From: an uncultured Acidobacteriota bacterium | GTDB taxonomy: Bacteria; Acidobacteriota; Blastocatellia; RBC074 | Direction of reading: 5' to 3' | Length of the DNA: 64,000 nucleotides | Assembly: GCA_963796275.1 (NCBI GenBank) | Contig: CAWCKY010000004.1 | Location: forward strand, 704,001 to 768,000 | Shown here: positions 10,626 through 23,327 of the stretch, in pieces | Position numbering within the stretch: position 1 is the first letter of the stretch | Layout of the letters: every line of letters begins with the position of its first letter | Translations under genes and position numbers: made by a program | The notes under the pieces: model-generated | Seen by the model: only the letters and a program-made list of their open reading frames with translations | Database searches by the model: none | What the model was told of the DNA's origin: nothing

Positions 10626-12284
10626 TTAGATGCTGATAGTCTCCGCCCTTCTTCCCCCGCGGTTGAGCACCCAGAGGAACATGGTACGCGAGACGAAGAC
10701 TGCAGTGAAGAGGTTCGCCAACAGACCGATGACGAGGGTTACCGCGAAGCCGCGAATCGGACCGGTGCCGAACAGGTAGAGGATCGCCGCCGAGACCACG
10801 GTGGTCACGTGCGTATCGATGATCGTCACGAAGGCTTTGTTGAAACCCATCTCCATCGAGGCCGATGCAACTCTGCCCACGCGCAATTCGTCGCGGATCC
10901 GCTCGAAGACCAGCACGTTGGCGTCCACCGCCATACCGATGCCGAGAATCACACCCGCGATGCCGGGCAACGTCAGGGTTGCGCCGAACGCGGCGAGCCC
11001 CGCCAGCAGAAGCAATAGGTTGAGAATGAGCGCGATCACGGCATTGAGACCGGAGAGTCGATAGTAAAAGAGCATGAAGCCGGCCACGAAGATCACGCCG
11101 GCGATCAGGGCTATCATCCCCTGTCTGATAGAGTCAGCCCCCAGCGATGGGCCGACGGTTCGCTCCTCGAGATACGCGATCTTTGCCGGCAGGGCGCCTG
11201 ACCTGAGAACCAACCCCAGGTCTTCGGCCTCCTCCCGCGTGAAATTGCCCTCGATCTGGCCGCTGTCAGAAATTCTGTTTTTAATTACAGCCACACTCAT
11301 AAGCTGACCGCCCAGGTCGACGGCGAGGTAGTTGCCGATATTCTTCTCGGTCCATGCCCCAAATATCTCATCGGCTCCCGGCTTGATGCTGAAGGAAACG
11401 TGATGGCCCAGGCCTTGCTGTGAAGGTACGCCGCGCGCATCGCGCAGGTCTGACCCGGAGATGATCGGTGTTTTCTCGAGAATGTAGTACCCCTGATTTA
11501 CGCGCCCGTCCGAGCGCTTTTCATTCAGCGGCAGAACCTCGCGGTCGCTGGGGATCGTTCCACCGAGCGAAGCAACCGCCTCTTCCATCGTGGGATAAAG
11601 CTGCGTACCCGGAACGACCGCTTTCAAGGATAGTTTGGCTTCGACCTTCAGAAGCTCCTTGACCCTCTCGGGATTATCGACGCCGGGCATCTGCACGAGA
11701 ATCTGATGATTCTCCTGGCGGCCGTGCAATTGGATAGTCGGTTCAGCGACCCCGAATTGATCGATTCGCTGTTCAATGATCCGTTTCGCCTGATCGGTCG
11801 CTTCGCGGCGGAATAGATCGGCGGCTGAATTTATGAGCTTGAAACTCACCGTCGGCGGAGAGTCGCTTTGCGTCACTTCCCAGATATCGCTGCCGAATCG
11901 CGGCAGCAACTTGTCTTTGATCTCGGTTTGTCTACTCGCATCGGGAGTCTCGACCACCAGCAGACCATTGGCCACTACCTTGACATCTTTGAATGGGATG
12001 TTCTCTTTCCGCAGCTCGTCGACCGCTTTTTGACGATTGCTCTCAGTGATCGATCCGATATATTCGTCGGCCTTGACCTGCATCAAAAGATGCGTGCCGC
12101 CACGAAGGTCGAGCCCGAGCCGAATATTCTCGGAAAGATTTTGTTTGAGCTTCGCCGGTCTGAAAAAATCGGCTGCCTGTCTCTTATATTCTTTCGGTTT
12201 ATGCCAGGGTCCGAACAAGATGACGAAACAGCTGAGAGTAACAATAACAATTGCGAGTGTACGTGTACGAATATTTTTGCCCAC
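10626..12284 (-). CDS. secD: Protein translocase subunit SecD
   Basis: LGLDLRGG, RIDQFGVAEP, LRSGALPA, TVGPSLG, GMAVDANVLVFERIR motifs. Confidence 0.97.
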   Translation of the reverse strand: MGKNIRTRTLAIVIVTLSCFVILFGPWHKPKEYKRQAADFFRPAKLKQNLSENIRLGLDLRGGTHLLMQVKADEYIGSITESNRQKAVDELRKENIPFKDVKVVANGLLVVETPDASRQTEIKDKLLPRFGSDIWEVTQSDSPPTVSFKLINSAADLFRREATDQAKRIIEQRIDQFGVAEPTIQLHGRQENHQILVQMPGVDNPERVKELLKVEAKLSLKAVVPGTQLYPTMEEAVASLGGTIPSDREVLPLNEKRSDGRVNQGYYILEKTPIISGSDLRDARGVPSQQGLGHHVSFSIKPGADEIFGAWTEKNIGNYLAVDLGGQLMSVAVIKNRISDSGQIEGNFTREEAEDLGLVLRSGALPAKIAYLEERTVGPSLGADSIRQGMIALIAGVIFVAGFMLFYYRLSGLNAVIALILNLLLLLAGLAAFGATLTLPGIAGVILGIGMAVDANVLVFERIRDELRVGRVASASMEMGFNKAFVTIIDTHVTTVVSAAILYLFGTGPIRGFAVTLVIGLLANLFTAVFVSRTMFLWVLNRGGRRAETISI

Positions 12285-12619
12285 TATTTCTTCTCCTCGG
12301 GACCCTCCTGCAGGCCTGTGACGGAGGATCGCGCGACTTCGATCCGCACGACCGGGTTCTCGGAAATCTTGAGGACAAGCTTCCGCTTGTCATCGTTCAG
12401 GCTGACGATTGTCCCGTAGATCCCCCCGCCGGTAACAACCTTATCACCAGGCTTGAGGTCATTGAGCATCTGATCGATGGCGCGTTGTCGTTTACGCTGC
12501 GGAATGATGATCAGAAAGTAAAATAGCACAAAGACCATCAGCATCGGGATCAGTAATTGGAACAGGCCACCACCAGCACCTGTTTGGAACAGAAGCAGAA
12601 CGATTTGTTGTGACATCAC
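12284..12619 (-). CDS. yajC: Preprotein translocase subunit YajC
   Basis: FYFLIIIPQRKRQ...LKPGDKVVTGGGIYGTI; lies between tgt and secD. Confidence 0.95.
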   Translation of the reverse strand: MMSQQIVLLLFQTGAGGGLFQLLIPMLMVFVLFYFLIIIPQRKRQRAIDQMLNDLKPGDKVVTGGGIYGTIVSLNDDKRKLVLKISENPVVRIEVARSSVTGLQEGPEEKK

Positions 12620-12663
12620 CGGGCGGGTTCAACCTTTTCTTCAAACGATATTTGATTTCACCG

Positions 12664-13818
<1,155 letters not shown>

Positions 13819-13924
13819 TGAATGTTGGGAATGATAAACAGGGCAAATAGAAAAGGAACCACGAGAACCACCATTCTGCCCAAATCCATAGACAGATAAA
13901 AAATGTATCTGCTGCGGTCGATCT

Positions 13925-15310
13925 TCATTTTTTTCTGCTCCGCTGTTTGATGCGGATCGGAGTTGCGAAGAAATCGAATGACTCGCGCAGGCGATTGATC
14001 AAGTATCGTTCATAGGAGAAATGGATTTTGGTCTTCGTCCCGCTCGTGAAAAGAACGAAGGTCGGCGGCCGCGTACCCGCCTGCGTCAGATACAGAACCT
14101 TCAATCTGTGGCGAGATGAAATGGTCGCCTTCGGTTGTTCGAGGTGCTCGTGAAAGAATTGGTTCAATTCGCCGGTCGGTATCCGCAGGTTGCGCGCCCG
14201 ATTCGCCTTCGCAATCAGAGCCGGCAATTTCAATACTCGTTGCCCGGTAAGTGCAGACACGAAGGCGAGGGGCGCATATTCGAGAAACTTCATCGCATCA
14301 CGAATCTTTCTTTCGTACTCATTGACGGTGTAGGTATCCTTCTCGATTACATCCCATTTATTTACGACGATTATGAGCGAGCGGCCAGCCTCGTGAGCAT
14401 AGCCGGCTATATGAGCATCGAGGGCGGTCACGCCTTCGACTGCATCGATCAATATCAGCACGACATCGGCCCGCTCAATATGTTTGCGGGCCATGACGAC
14501 CGAGAGTTTCTCGGCCATCTCGCTGGGCTTGCCTTTGCGGCGCATGCCGGCGGTGTCGATCACTCGAAGCCGGAGCGCGCTGCCATCTTCGTCGTGGGTC
14601 TCGAAGACGCTGTCGACTGCGTCGCGGGTGGTGCCCGGGATGGGCGTAACTATCACGCGCTCTTGACCCAGAAGTTTATTGATCAAGGAAGATTTGCCTA
14701 CATTAGGCCGGCCGATGATCGCGACTTTTATCTCGTTCCGATCCTCTGCTATCAACTCGACCTGAGGCAACTGTTCGATGACGGCATCGAGGAGCTCGCC
14801 CATCCCCGCCCCGTGTTCGGCCGAGACCGGAAAAACATCGGCGAATCCGAACCGGTGGAATTCGGCCGCGTGGTCGGCGACGCGCGCCGTGTCGGCTTTG
14901 TTGGCCACCACGAAGACTGGTTTAGCGAGCGTCCGCAAGATTTGCGCGAGTTCTTCATCGAGGGGAGAAATTCCATCCCGAACATCGACGATGAACAATA
15001 GCAGGCCAGCTTCATCGATCGCCGCGCGCGCCTGCTTGAAAATGTTTAAGGGGATCACGGCCTCGTCATCGGGGACTATGCCGCCTGTGTCGATCAGCCT
15101 GAAAGCGGTACCCTGCCATTCGGCTTCGCCATAAATCCGGTCGCGCGTGATCCCCGGCAGGTCGCCGACAATTGATCGGCGCGACCCGATAATACGGTTG
15201 AAAAGAGTCGATTTTCCGACATTCGGGCGGCCGATTATGGCGACGGCGGGCAGCCTGGCGTTCCCGGTCTTAGATTTTTCCTCAGATTCCTGTGGTGCGA
15301 CTTGCGTCAT
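13925..15310 (-). CDS. der: Ribosome biogenesis GTPase Der (EngA)
   Basis: Two GRPNVGKS P-loops, DTGG/DTAG, NKAD/NKWD, C-terminal KH-like domain. Confidence 0.98.
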   Translation of the reverse strand: MTQVAPQESEEKSKTGNARLPAVAIIGRPNVGKSTLFNRIIGSRRSIVGDLPGITRDRIYGEAEWQGTAFRLIDTGGIVPDDEAVIPLNIFKQARAAIDEAGLLLFIVDVRDGISPLDEELAQILRTLAKPVFVVANKADTARVADHAAEFHRFGFADVFPVSAEHGAGMGELLDAVIEQLPQVELIAEDRNEIKVAIIGRPNVGKSSLINKLLGQERVIVTPIPGTTRDAVDSVFETHDEDGSALRLRVIDTAGMRRKGKPSEMAEKLSVVMARKHIERADVVLILIDAVEGVTALDAHIAGYAHEAGRSLIIVVNKWDVIEKDTYTVNEYERKIRDAMKFLEYAPLAFVSALTGQRVLKLPALIAKANRARNLRIPTGELNQFFHEHLEQPKATISSRHRLKVLYLTQAGTRPPTFVLFTSGTKTKIHFSYERYLINRLRESFDFFATPIRIKQRSRKK

Positions 15311-15460
15311 AATAACTCTTGCATTATCACTATCGTCATAACTCTTGCATTATAGCTATCGATAAAACTATCGATAAATTTAGACAGGATTTACAGGTTT
15401 TTCAAGATTCACCTCGATCCGTTTTTCCTGACAAATGATGTCTATACCAAGGAGAATGAA

Positions 15461-16450
15461 ATGTGCAACCCGAAACTCTTCCCTGCACTGCTGCTCGTTT
15501 TCTTGATCCAGGCAACGGCATTGTCTCAGAACAATGATGCTAAGGCCACCGAGATTCTCAACCAGGCGCGGGCAGCGATAGGCGATCAAGCGAAGTTGAA
15601 TTCACTGCAAAGCCTATCGTTTTCCGGGGCCTCGCGACGCGTGTTCGGCGAGCGCGAGGTGAACGGCGAAATCGAGTTTGAATTGTTGATGCCCGATAAA
15701 ATTAAACGTACCACCACGATCTCATCTGTGTTCCCGGGAACTGATGCTACAACGACCGAAGTTATCAACGGGGACCAGGTGTGGTTCGACTTCATTTCAA
15801 GTAATCCACCGGGAGCCAACGGCCCCGGGGGCGGCCCGCGCGGTCGCATGGGAGGTCCTGGCGGCCCGGGAGGCCCGATCGGGCCGGGAGGAGGCAATCC
15901 GGAAGCGCGCCAGAATATTACCCGCACCGACATTCTTCGGATGTTGCTCGGTATTCTGGTTATCGCACCTATAAAGGCGGATTACTATTACGCCGGCGAA
16001 GCGAAAGCTCCGGATGGGACGGCCCACGTGATCGAGGTCAAAGGGCCGGGCCATTCCGTTTCGCGGGTTTATGTCGACCAGAAAACGCATCGGGTCCTGA
16101 TGGTCAGTTATCGCGGCAGAAATTTTCAAATGATACGCGGCGGTCGAGGTGGCTCTCCCGGTCAAGACCAGGAGCAGGAGCAGGGGCAGGGGCAAAGACA
16201 GGAACCGACGCCGGAAGAGATCGAGAAGAGGCGAAAAGAGAGAGCAGAACAGATGGCCAAGATTCCCGAGGTCGACATTTTCATACGCTTCGGAGAATAC
16301 AAGAACGTCAACGGCCTCAACTTACCTCATCTGATCACGCGTTCGACGGGGAGCAATATCAATGAAGAGCTGACGATCGATAAATACAAGATAAATCCCA
16401 AGCTCAACCCCGACAGGTTTGTAAATCAGGATAAAGAAAAAGCTCCATAG
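15461..16450 (+). CDS. Secreted hypothetical protein with Gly/Pro- and Gln-rich linkers (possibly LolA-like/sorting fold)
   Basis: Signal peptide; AAGGAG RBS; ends F.EYK.VNG..LPH...YKINPKL.PDRF. Confidence 0.7.
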   Translation: MCNPKLFPALLLVFLIQATALSQNNDAKATEILNQARAAIGDQAKLNSLQSLSFSGASRRVFGEREVNGEIEFELLMPDKIKRTTTISSVFPGTDATTTEVINGDQVWFDFISSNPPGANGPGGGPRGRMGGPGGPGGPIGPGGGNPEARQNITRTDILRMLLGILVIAPIKADYYYAGEAKAPDGTAHVIEVKGPGHSVSRVYVDQKTHRVLMVSYRGRNFQMIRGGRGGSPGQDQEQEQGQGQRQEPTPEEIEKRRKERAEQMAKIPEVDIFIRFGEYKNVNGLNLPHLITRSTGSNINEELTIDKYKINPKLNPDRFVNQDKEKAP

Positions 16451-16564
16451 AGGGATTTCCCAAAACACAAGGGGGAACAAAAAGCACGAATCCTCTCGTT
16501 CGTGGTTTTTGCCTTGCGTGTTGCCCGGCGTTCAGGCAGTCAGAAATCGCGTGCGGAAGGGAAA

Positions 16565-16628
16565 GACCGCGTAAACGCGGAACTCCAAGCGAATTCTCGA
16601 ACGATGTTCGGAGTTCCGCCTTCAGGCG
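16565..16628. repeat. REP/REPIN family A copy
   Basis: gaccgcgtaaacgcggaactccaa ... gttcggagttccgccttcaggcg; lies between convergent genes. Confidence 0.8.
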
Positions 16629-16659
16629 CGGTGATCCCCCGATCTGGGTAGCGTATGCT

Positions 16660-17706
16660 TCAATGGACTTGCAATTCTTCTCTGACCTTCATCACGCCGC
16701 GCACCATATTCTGTAATTTCATGCGCGCAGCCCAGCGCGCAGTCTGGCTCAAACCGCAATCCGGCGCGAACGACAATCGTTCGGGCGGCGCATGTTTCAA
16801 GCATAAGCGCACCCGATCGGCGACATCATCGGCTCTCTCGATGTAATAACTCTTCACATCGATAATGCCGACCGCAACGTCACGCCGTTCGGCAATTTGT
16901 TTGATAATTTCGATCTCGGCAAATTCGCGGCTCGCCATCTCGAGGTGTAGCTCATCGACGTCGATCTCGAGAAAGGCGGGAATCATCGGCGCATAACTCC
17001 GCCGTCCGACCGCGCGGCCTTTGTAGTTGCCGAAGCAGAGATGGGTCGAAAGCCTGCACCGGCCGACCACCGGCGCCACGGTACGATTGAAAATCTCCAC
17101 GAAGCGCCGCGGGTCTTCCCGGTGCGCGTAGCAGCTCATCGAAGGCTCATCCACCGTGATCTCACGGCATCCGGCGGCAACCAGAGCTTCGAGTTCAGCG
17201 CGCACGATCGGCAACAGAGCCTCGGCGACGGCATAACGATCGGGATATCGTTCGTTCGGAACGAGTCTTCCGCTCAACGTATATGGCCCCGGTACGCTGG
17301 CCTTGAGCGCCGGACCGAAAGGGCCGGAAATTGCGAGCCGCTTGAGACGCTGCCACTCCTCGACGACGCCGAGACCGCGCGCGGCCTTCAATTCGCCGGT
17401 TATCCGGTGTCTGCCGCGCTGATCGTGCGCCGGCGGCCCGAAACGGCGGGCCTGTCCCCTTTCTATTTCCAGCCCTTCCACAAAGCCATAAAACGATAGA
17501 TTGAAATCGAGCCGCGTCTGCTCGCCATCGCTTATGACATCCAAACCAGCCGCGATCTGATCGTGGATCGCCGCAATCACAGCATCTTCCTGCAATTCAA
17601 TCCGGTCATCTACCCCGAACCGGTCGAGATGCGAACAGGCGAATTCGAGCCATCCCGGAAACGGGTAGCTGCCGATGACTGTGGTTCGTAGTGGTCTCTC
17701 TTTCAT
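16660..17706 (-). CDS. Cobalamin-independent methionine synthase II family (MetE C-terminal-like, Zn) protein
   Basis: TTVIGSYP, GLDVISDGEQTR, PGPYTL, VDEP, HLCFGN and PDCGL motifs; single barrel only. ATG at 17706; the ORF track starts at 17724. Confidence 0.88.
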   Translation of the reverse strand: MKERPLRTTVIGSYPFPGWLEFACSHLDRFGVDDRIELQEDAVIAAIHDQIAAGLDVISDGEQTRLDFNLSFYGFVEGLEIERGQARRFGPPAHDQRGRHRITGELKAARGLGVVEEWQRLKRLAISGPFGPALKASVPGPYTLSGRLVPNERYPDRYAVAEALLPIVRAELEALVAAGCREITVDEPSMSCYAHREDPRRFVEIFNRTVAPVVGRCRLSTHLCFGNYKGRAVGRRSYAPMIPAFLEIDVDELHLEMASREFAEIEIIKQIAERRDVAVGIIDVKSYYIERADDVADRVRLCLKHAPPERLSFAPDCGLSQTARWAARMKLQNMVRGVMKVREELQVH

Positions 17707-17831
17707 TCGATAAAAACGCCTCAATCAAAAGTTATAAGAATCCGACAAAAACGAAATGCCGCGGAACAAACGGAACATCACAACATTTCGTCGTTTCGTC
17801 TCGTTTATTTTCGTAATTCACTCCGAGGCTA

Positions 17832-18627
17832 TCAGCTTATGCGCCATCCCGCGTCAACTGTCATCACCTCACCGGTGACAAAACGAGATTCATCGCTCAA
17901 TAAAAACAGGGCTGTGCGCGCGACATCCTCCGGTTCCAGCAAATCCTCACTGAGCGGCTGTTTAATCTTAATGAATTCGAGTATCTCCTGATTCTGTTGC
18001 GCGCGTTCGCTCATCGGCGTGCGCGTGAGGGCGGGCGCGATGGCGTTGACGCGGTATCTTGTGCGGCGCATAGTAGGCCGCCATCGCCTGAGTCAATCCG
18101 ATGATCGCGCTCTTGCTGGTCGCATAGGCATGCGCGGCGAAAAATTTCGGCTCGGGCGAAAAAGCCAGAACGCTCGCCATATTTAAAACAGTTCCGCGGA
18201 ATCCGCATTCATTCACCGTTTGATTGAGCATTACGCGAACGACCTCGCGGGACATCAGAAACGTGCTCTTGAGGTTTGTCTCTATCGTGATATCCCACCC
18301 CGCTTCGCTGCAGTCGTGCAGAGGCCCGTCGCCGAATCTGCGGCCGCTGATTCCGGCAACATTGAAGAGAGCATCGATGCGTTCGTAGCGCGCTACGCAT
18401 CGTTCGACAGCATCAGCCACTTCATCGCTGCGCTTCAGATCAGCCACGTGATACGCGCATCCGAGCTCGCCGGCGAGCGCCCGACAACCAGGCTCGTCCT
18501 GGCCGGCTATGAAGACCTGCGCGCCTTCGCTCACCGCCAATCTGGCAGTGGCGGCGGCTATGCCGGTCGACCCGGTGATCAAACAAATCTTGTTTGGTAG
18601 CCTTTCCCTCATCCCTTCTCTCCTCAC
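17832..18627 (-). pseudogene. SDR-family oxidoreductase split by a +1 frameshift near 18054 (real or consensus error)
   Basis: ITGSTGIA, NVAGISG and YATSK lie in one frame; RVNAIAP...VTGEVMTVDAG in another. AAG ATA C CGC GTC AAC has one extra base. Confidence 0.85.
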
Positions 18628-19394
18628 CGATAGAGATGCGCCTGGCTGCGCCGATATGCCTCGTAGAAGCGTTCGAGTTGCTCGGCCGCCCGAGTATCGC
18701 CGACGAACTGATGGCTGGGCAACAGAACGGGCTCAACGCCGCGCTGCACGAGTAACTCAGCGACGCGGCAGCGCAACATATTGATGATCATTCCGCCATT
18801 GACGGTCGAAGTGGGTCCTGTGCGCCACTCCAGGCCTTCGAGCTCAACCACACAATCGCCCGGCGGAGAGCAGTTGTCGATCACCACGTCGGTCACGTCG
18901 ATCAGTTTTTTGCCGGAAGAGTGTGCCGGAACGGACTGCTCGCAATGCAACCGCGAGCAGATTCCGATCACGGGCAATCCGCGTTCACGCGCGCCCATCG
19001 CCATCTCGACTACGACCGGGCGGATGCCGCTCGTTGAAATAACGATGAATGCATCGTGAGGGCCAAACTTAAAGCCCTTCAATATCTCTTCGGCATAGCC
19101 TTCATATTTCTCCAGATATAGCGGGGCGCGCAGGCCGTTCGCGCCGACGATGGAGGCGTGATTCGAAAGCGAGAGTTCAACGAGCGCCACCCACCCCACG
19201 TAACATCCCTGACGCGGCGTCATCTCTTCGCACATCATGCGCGAGTGTCCGTTGCCGAAGAGGAAGACCAGGCCGCCCTGGGCGATGCTACCGGCGCAGA
19301 TTTCCGCCGCTCGCTCGATATTCCCGAGCTGGTTTTCGCGTATCCGATTTAAAAGCGAAATGGTTTGGTCGAAGTAATTAATTCCTGCATTCAT
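18624..19394 (-). CDS. SIS-domain sugar isomerase family protein
   Basis: FGNGHS, ISTSG, HSSGKKL, VIDN..PPGD and GPTST motifs. Confidence 0.88.
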   Translation of the reverse strand: MNAGINYFDQTISLLNRIRENQLGNIERAAEICAGSIAQGGLVFLFGNGHSRMMCEEMTPRQGCYVGWVALVELSLSNHASIVGANGLRAPLYLEKYEGYAEEILKGFKFGPHDAFIVISTSGIRPVVVEMAMGARERGLPVIGICSRLHCEQSVPAHSSGKKLIDVTDVVIDNCSPPGDCVVELEGLEWRTGPTSTVNGGMIINMLRCRVAELLVQRGVEPVLLPSHQFVGDTRAAEQLERFYEAYRRSQAHLYR

Positions 19395-19550
19395 AAAGAT
19401 AAAATCAGGGCAAAAACAAAAACACAGAGATCGATTTGTGGATTATATGGGTAAACCAGATTAACAGCGGGAACAAAAGGTTGCGTATGATCTCTTGGTC
19501 GTTGTCCTGTTGTTCCCCATTGAAAGAAGCCATCTTCGGCTCCTCCAGCT

Positions 19551-20621
<1,071 letters not shown>

Positions 20622-20697
20622 AGTTATGTCTTTCCTCGACCGTCTGATCTATTCGAGTATAATCAATTTAGAAAAATTTGGCTCCCAGGAAAACCCG

Positions 20698-22071
20698 ATG
20701 AAAATGCATCTTCTCCTTGTTTTTGCTTTGTATATAGGTTTTATCTCCATAATCGCATCACCCGAGCGGCCACAAACAGCCGGGGCTCAACAATCTGGCA
20801 GAATCAAAGCTCTCGTCGGCGGCACGTTGATCGATGGTTACAGCGGCATGCCGCTGCGCAACAGCGTGGTCATCATTGAAGGCGATCGCATCAAATCCAT
20901 CGGCCAGGCAGGTGCGCTCGCTATCCCGGAGGAGGCCGAAGTGATCTCGACCGAAGGAATGTCAGTAATGCCCGGGCTCTGGGATATGCACGTGCATTTG
21001 ATGATCAACGGCCACAGCGACTATGCGCATTGGGATAAAACCTATCCGCCGATCTTCGGTTCGGTGATCATGCCATCCTCTGCTAAACAACTGTTGTTGG
21101 CGGGTGTCACGAGCGCGCGCGATCTGGGCGGACCTTTGAAGGAGAGCATCGCAGTGCGCGATGCGATCAAGGCGGGCAAGCTCCCCGGCCCGACGATCTA
21201 TGTTTCGGGGCCGTTCATTCAACATGAACCTTACCCCGGGACTGAACAGTTCCGCTGGGGCGTGAGCGGCGCTGACGATGCGCGCGCGAAGGTCCGCAAA
21301 CTGGCGGTAGCTGGGGTCAATTGCATCAAGTTGATCGACCAGGATCAGATGACCATGGATGAGGTTCGCGCCATAGTGGACGAGGCGCACAGGCATAAGC
21401 TACCGGTGGTCGCTCACGCGCACCGGCCGGAAGAGATACGGCGCGGGTTGCAGGTGGGCGTCGATTGTTTCGAGCACACGGGTCTTTCATCCGCCCCCGA
21501 ATATCCAGCGGATGTCATTTCTATGATCCGCGAGCGGACGTCCCAGATGAGCCGGGGACCGCTGTTTTGGACGCCGACGATCGAAGGGCTGTTCAACTAC
21601 GAGTACATCCGCGACAACCCCGAACAATTGGACGATCCGGCCTGGCAAGAAGGGCTGCCACCCAATATCATCGCCGACATCCGGCAGTCTATCGCGCACC
21701 CGGACCGTTTAAGCTATTTTCAACTCAATCCGATTCGCCGCCCTACCCTGGCCAGGAAATTTCATCAACTACGCGAATCGGGAGTTGTTCAATTGATCGG
21801 CACCGACAGCGGCATCCCTATGAAGTTCCACAGCTCGTCGACGTGGAGAGAACTAGATGCCTGGGTGAATATTTTGGAGGTCGACCCGATGCTGACAATT
21901 CGCGCGGCTACCTATTGGCCGGCCGTGGCGATGAAAGCGGAGAAAGACTACGGAACTATCACCGAAGGCAAGTATGCGGACATCATTGCCGTGCGCGGCG
22001 ATGTGCTGCGTTATATTGCGCTGCTCCAGCGCGTGGACATAGTGATCAAACACGGAGTGCGGTATAAATAG
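20698..22071 (+). CDS. Secreted amidohydrolase family protein
   Basis: PGLWDMHVH, GVTSARDLG, AHAH, EH and GTDSG motifs; signal peptide from ATG 20698. Confidence 0.9.
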   Translation: MKMHLLLVFALYIGFISIIASPERPQTAGAQQSGRIKALVGGTLIDGYSGMPLRNSVVIIEGDRIKSIGQAGALAIPEEAEVISTEGMSVMPGLWDMHVHLMINGHSDYAHWDKTYPPIFGSVIMPSSAKQLLLAGVTSARDLGGPLKESIAVRDAIKAGKLPGPTIYVSGPFIQHEPYPGTEQFRWGVSGADDARAKVRKLAVAGVNCIKLIDQDQMTMDEVRAIVDEAHRHKLPVVAHAHRPEEIRRGLQVGVDCFEHTGLSSAPEYPADVISMIRERTSQMSRGPLFWTPTIEGLFNYEYIRDNPEQLDDPAWQEGLPPNIIADIRQSIAHPDRLSYFQLNPIRRPTLARKFHQLRESGVVQLIGTDSGIPMKFHSSSTWRELDAWVNILEVDPMLTIRAATYWPAVAMKAEKDYGTITEGKYADIIAVRGDVLRYIALLQRVDIVIKHGVRYK

Positions 22072-22128
22072 TTTTCAGTTTTCAGTTGTGTGGTCTCGCT
22101 TGAAACCGAGAACTGAGAACTGAAAACT
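22070..22128. repeat. Heptamer hairpin element family (AGTTTTC)n-GTCTCG-(ACTGAAA)n
   Basis: Inverted heptamer arrays around a GTCTCG core; other copies at 22956, 23256 and 61274. Confidence 0.75.
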
Positions 22129-22147
22129 ATTTTCCGAGGAGTGTTTG

Positions 22148-22942
22148 ATGGATATGTCAGGCGGCTATGATGCGCGTGCATTCGTGGCGGAGCTCTATGA
22201 CTATGTTACGCCATACCATAACCGGCAAGACGCTGCATTCTTTGTCGAGATGGCGCGCCAATCGTCAGGCCCGGTGTTGGAAGTCGGATGCGGAACCGGG
22301 CGCGTTTTGATTCCGACTGCGCAGGCGGGTATCGAGATCACAGGACTGGATCTCTCTTCTTCGATGCTATCGGTTTGCCGTGATAAATTATCGCGTTTAC
22401 CTCAAGTCGTCCAAGAGAAAGTACAACTCCACCATGCTGACATGCGTAAGTTCGATCTCGGACGGGAGTTCCAACTCGCCACCATACCTTTCCGCCCATT
22501 TCAACATTTAACCACCGTTGAAGATCAACTTTCCTGTCTGGATTGCATTCACCGCCATCTCGCGCACGAGGGAAGATTGGTCCTCGATCTTTTCAATCCT
22601 GCACTAAAATTCCTGATCGATGACGATGCTTCGGCCGAAATATTAGATGTTCCGGAGTTTGTTATGCCCGATGGCCGGAAGATCACCCGATACCACCGAA
22701 TAGCTGCGAGAGACCTGTTTAATCAGATTCAAGATGTGGAACTGATCTATTACGTTACTCACGCGGATGGACGCGTTGAGCGATTGTTGCACGGTTTCCC
22801 CATGAGGTATCTGTTCAAATTCGAGGTTGAACATCTATTGGCACGATGCGGATTCAAAGTAGAACACGTATATGCTGATTACGACTGGAGTCCTTATGGA
22901 TCAAAATACCCTGGCGAATTGATCTTCGTCGCTAAGAAATGA
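22148..22942 (+). CDS. Class I SAM-dependent methyltransferase
   Basis: VLEVGCGTGR, GLDLS..ML and ADMR.FDL motifs. Confidence 0.92.
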   Translation: MDMSGGYDARAFVAELYDYVTPYHNRQDAAFFVEMARQSSGPVLEVGCGTGRVLIPTAQAGIEITGLDLSSSMLSVCRDKLSRLPQVVQEKVQLHHADMRKFDLGREFQLATIPFRPFQHLTTVEDQLSCLDCIHRHLAHEGRLVLDLFNPALKFLIDDDASAEILDVPEFVMPDGRKITRYHRIAARDLFNQIQDVELIYYVTHADGRVERLLHGFPMRYLFKFEVEHLLARCGFKVEHVYADYDWSPYGSKYPGELIFVAKK

Positions 22943-22955
22943 AACAGCATAAAAA

Positions 22956-23327
22956 CAGTTATCAGTTTTTAGTTTTCATTTGGGAGGTCTCGATAAGCAA
23001 CTGAAAACTAAAAACTGATAACTGATAACTGATAATTGCGACGGCTCAGCCTCTTCGCCGCGTTAGCGGTGATGCCCTCTTCGCCGCGTTAGCGGTGATG
23101 CCCTCTTCGCCGCGTTAGCGGCGGTTGATTGTAGCCGTGGGTTTTAACCCACGGGAGGCTTGAAGGATATTCCCGCGTCGCGTTAGCGACGCCTGAATCC
23201 AATCGTCTGACGCGACGTGAAAATCTACCGCCGCTAACGCGGCGAAGAGGCTGAGCAGTTAATTTCAGTTTTTAGTTTTTTGCTGAGCTGTCTCGATAAG
23301 CAGCTGAAAACTAAAAACTGATAACTG
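22956..23327. repeat. Composite repeat cluster: heptamer hairpin, then a 213-bp element with 26-bp terminal inverted repeats, then a second heptamer hairpin
   Basis: Perfect IR at 23044-23069 / 23231-23256; internal 26-bp tandem unit (two full copies plus a partial third); GTAGCCGTGGG-TTTTAA-CCCACGG REP. Confidence 0.8.

Noticed and set aside
23050-23125. 26-bp repeats resembling a mini CRISPR array
   Set aside because: The units are directly tandem with identical linkers, there are no unique spacers and no cas genes; they are part of a REP/MITE end.
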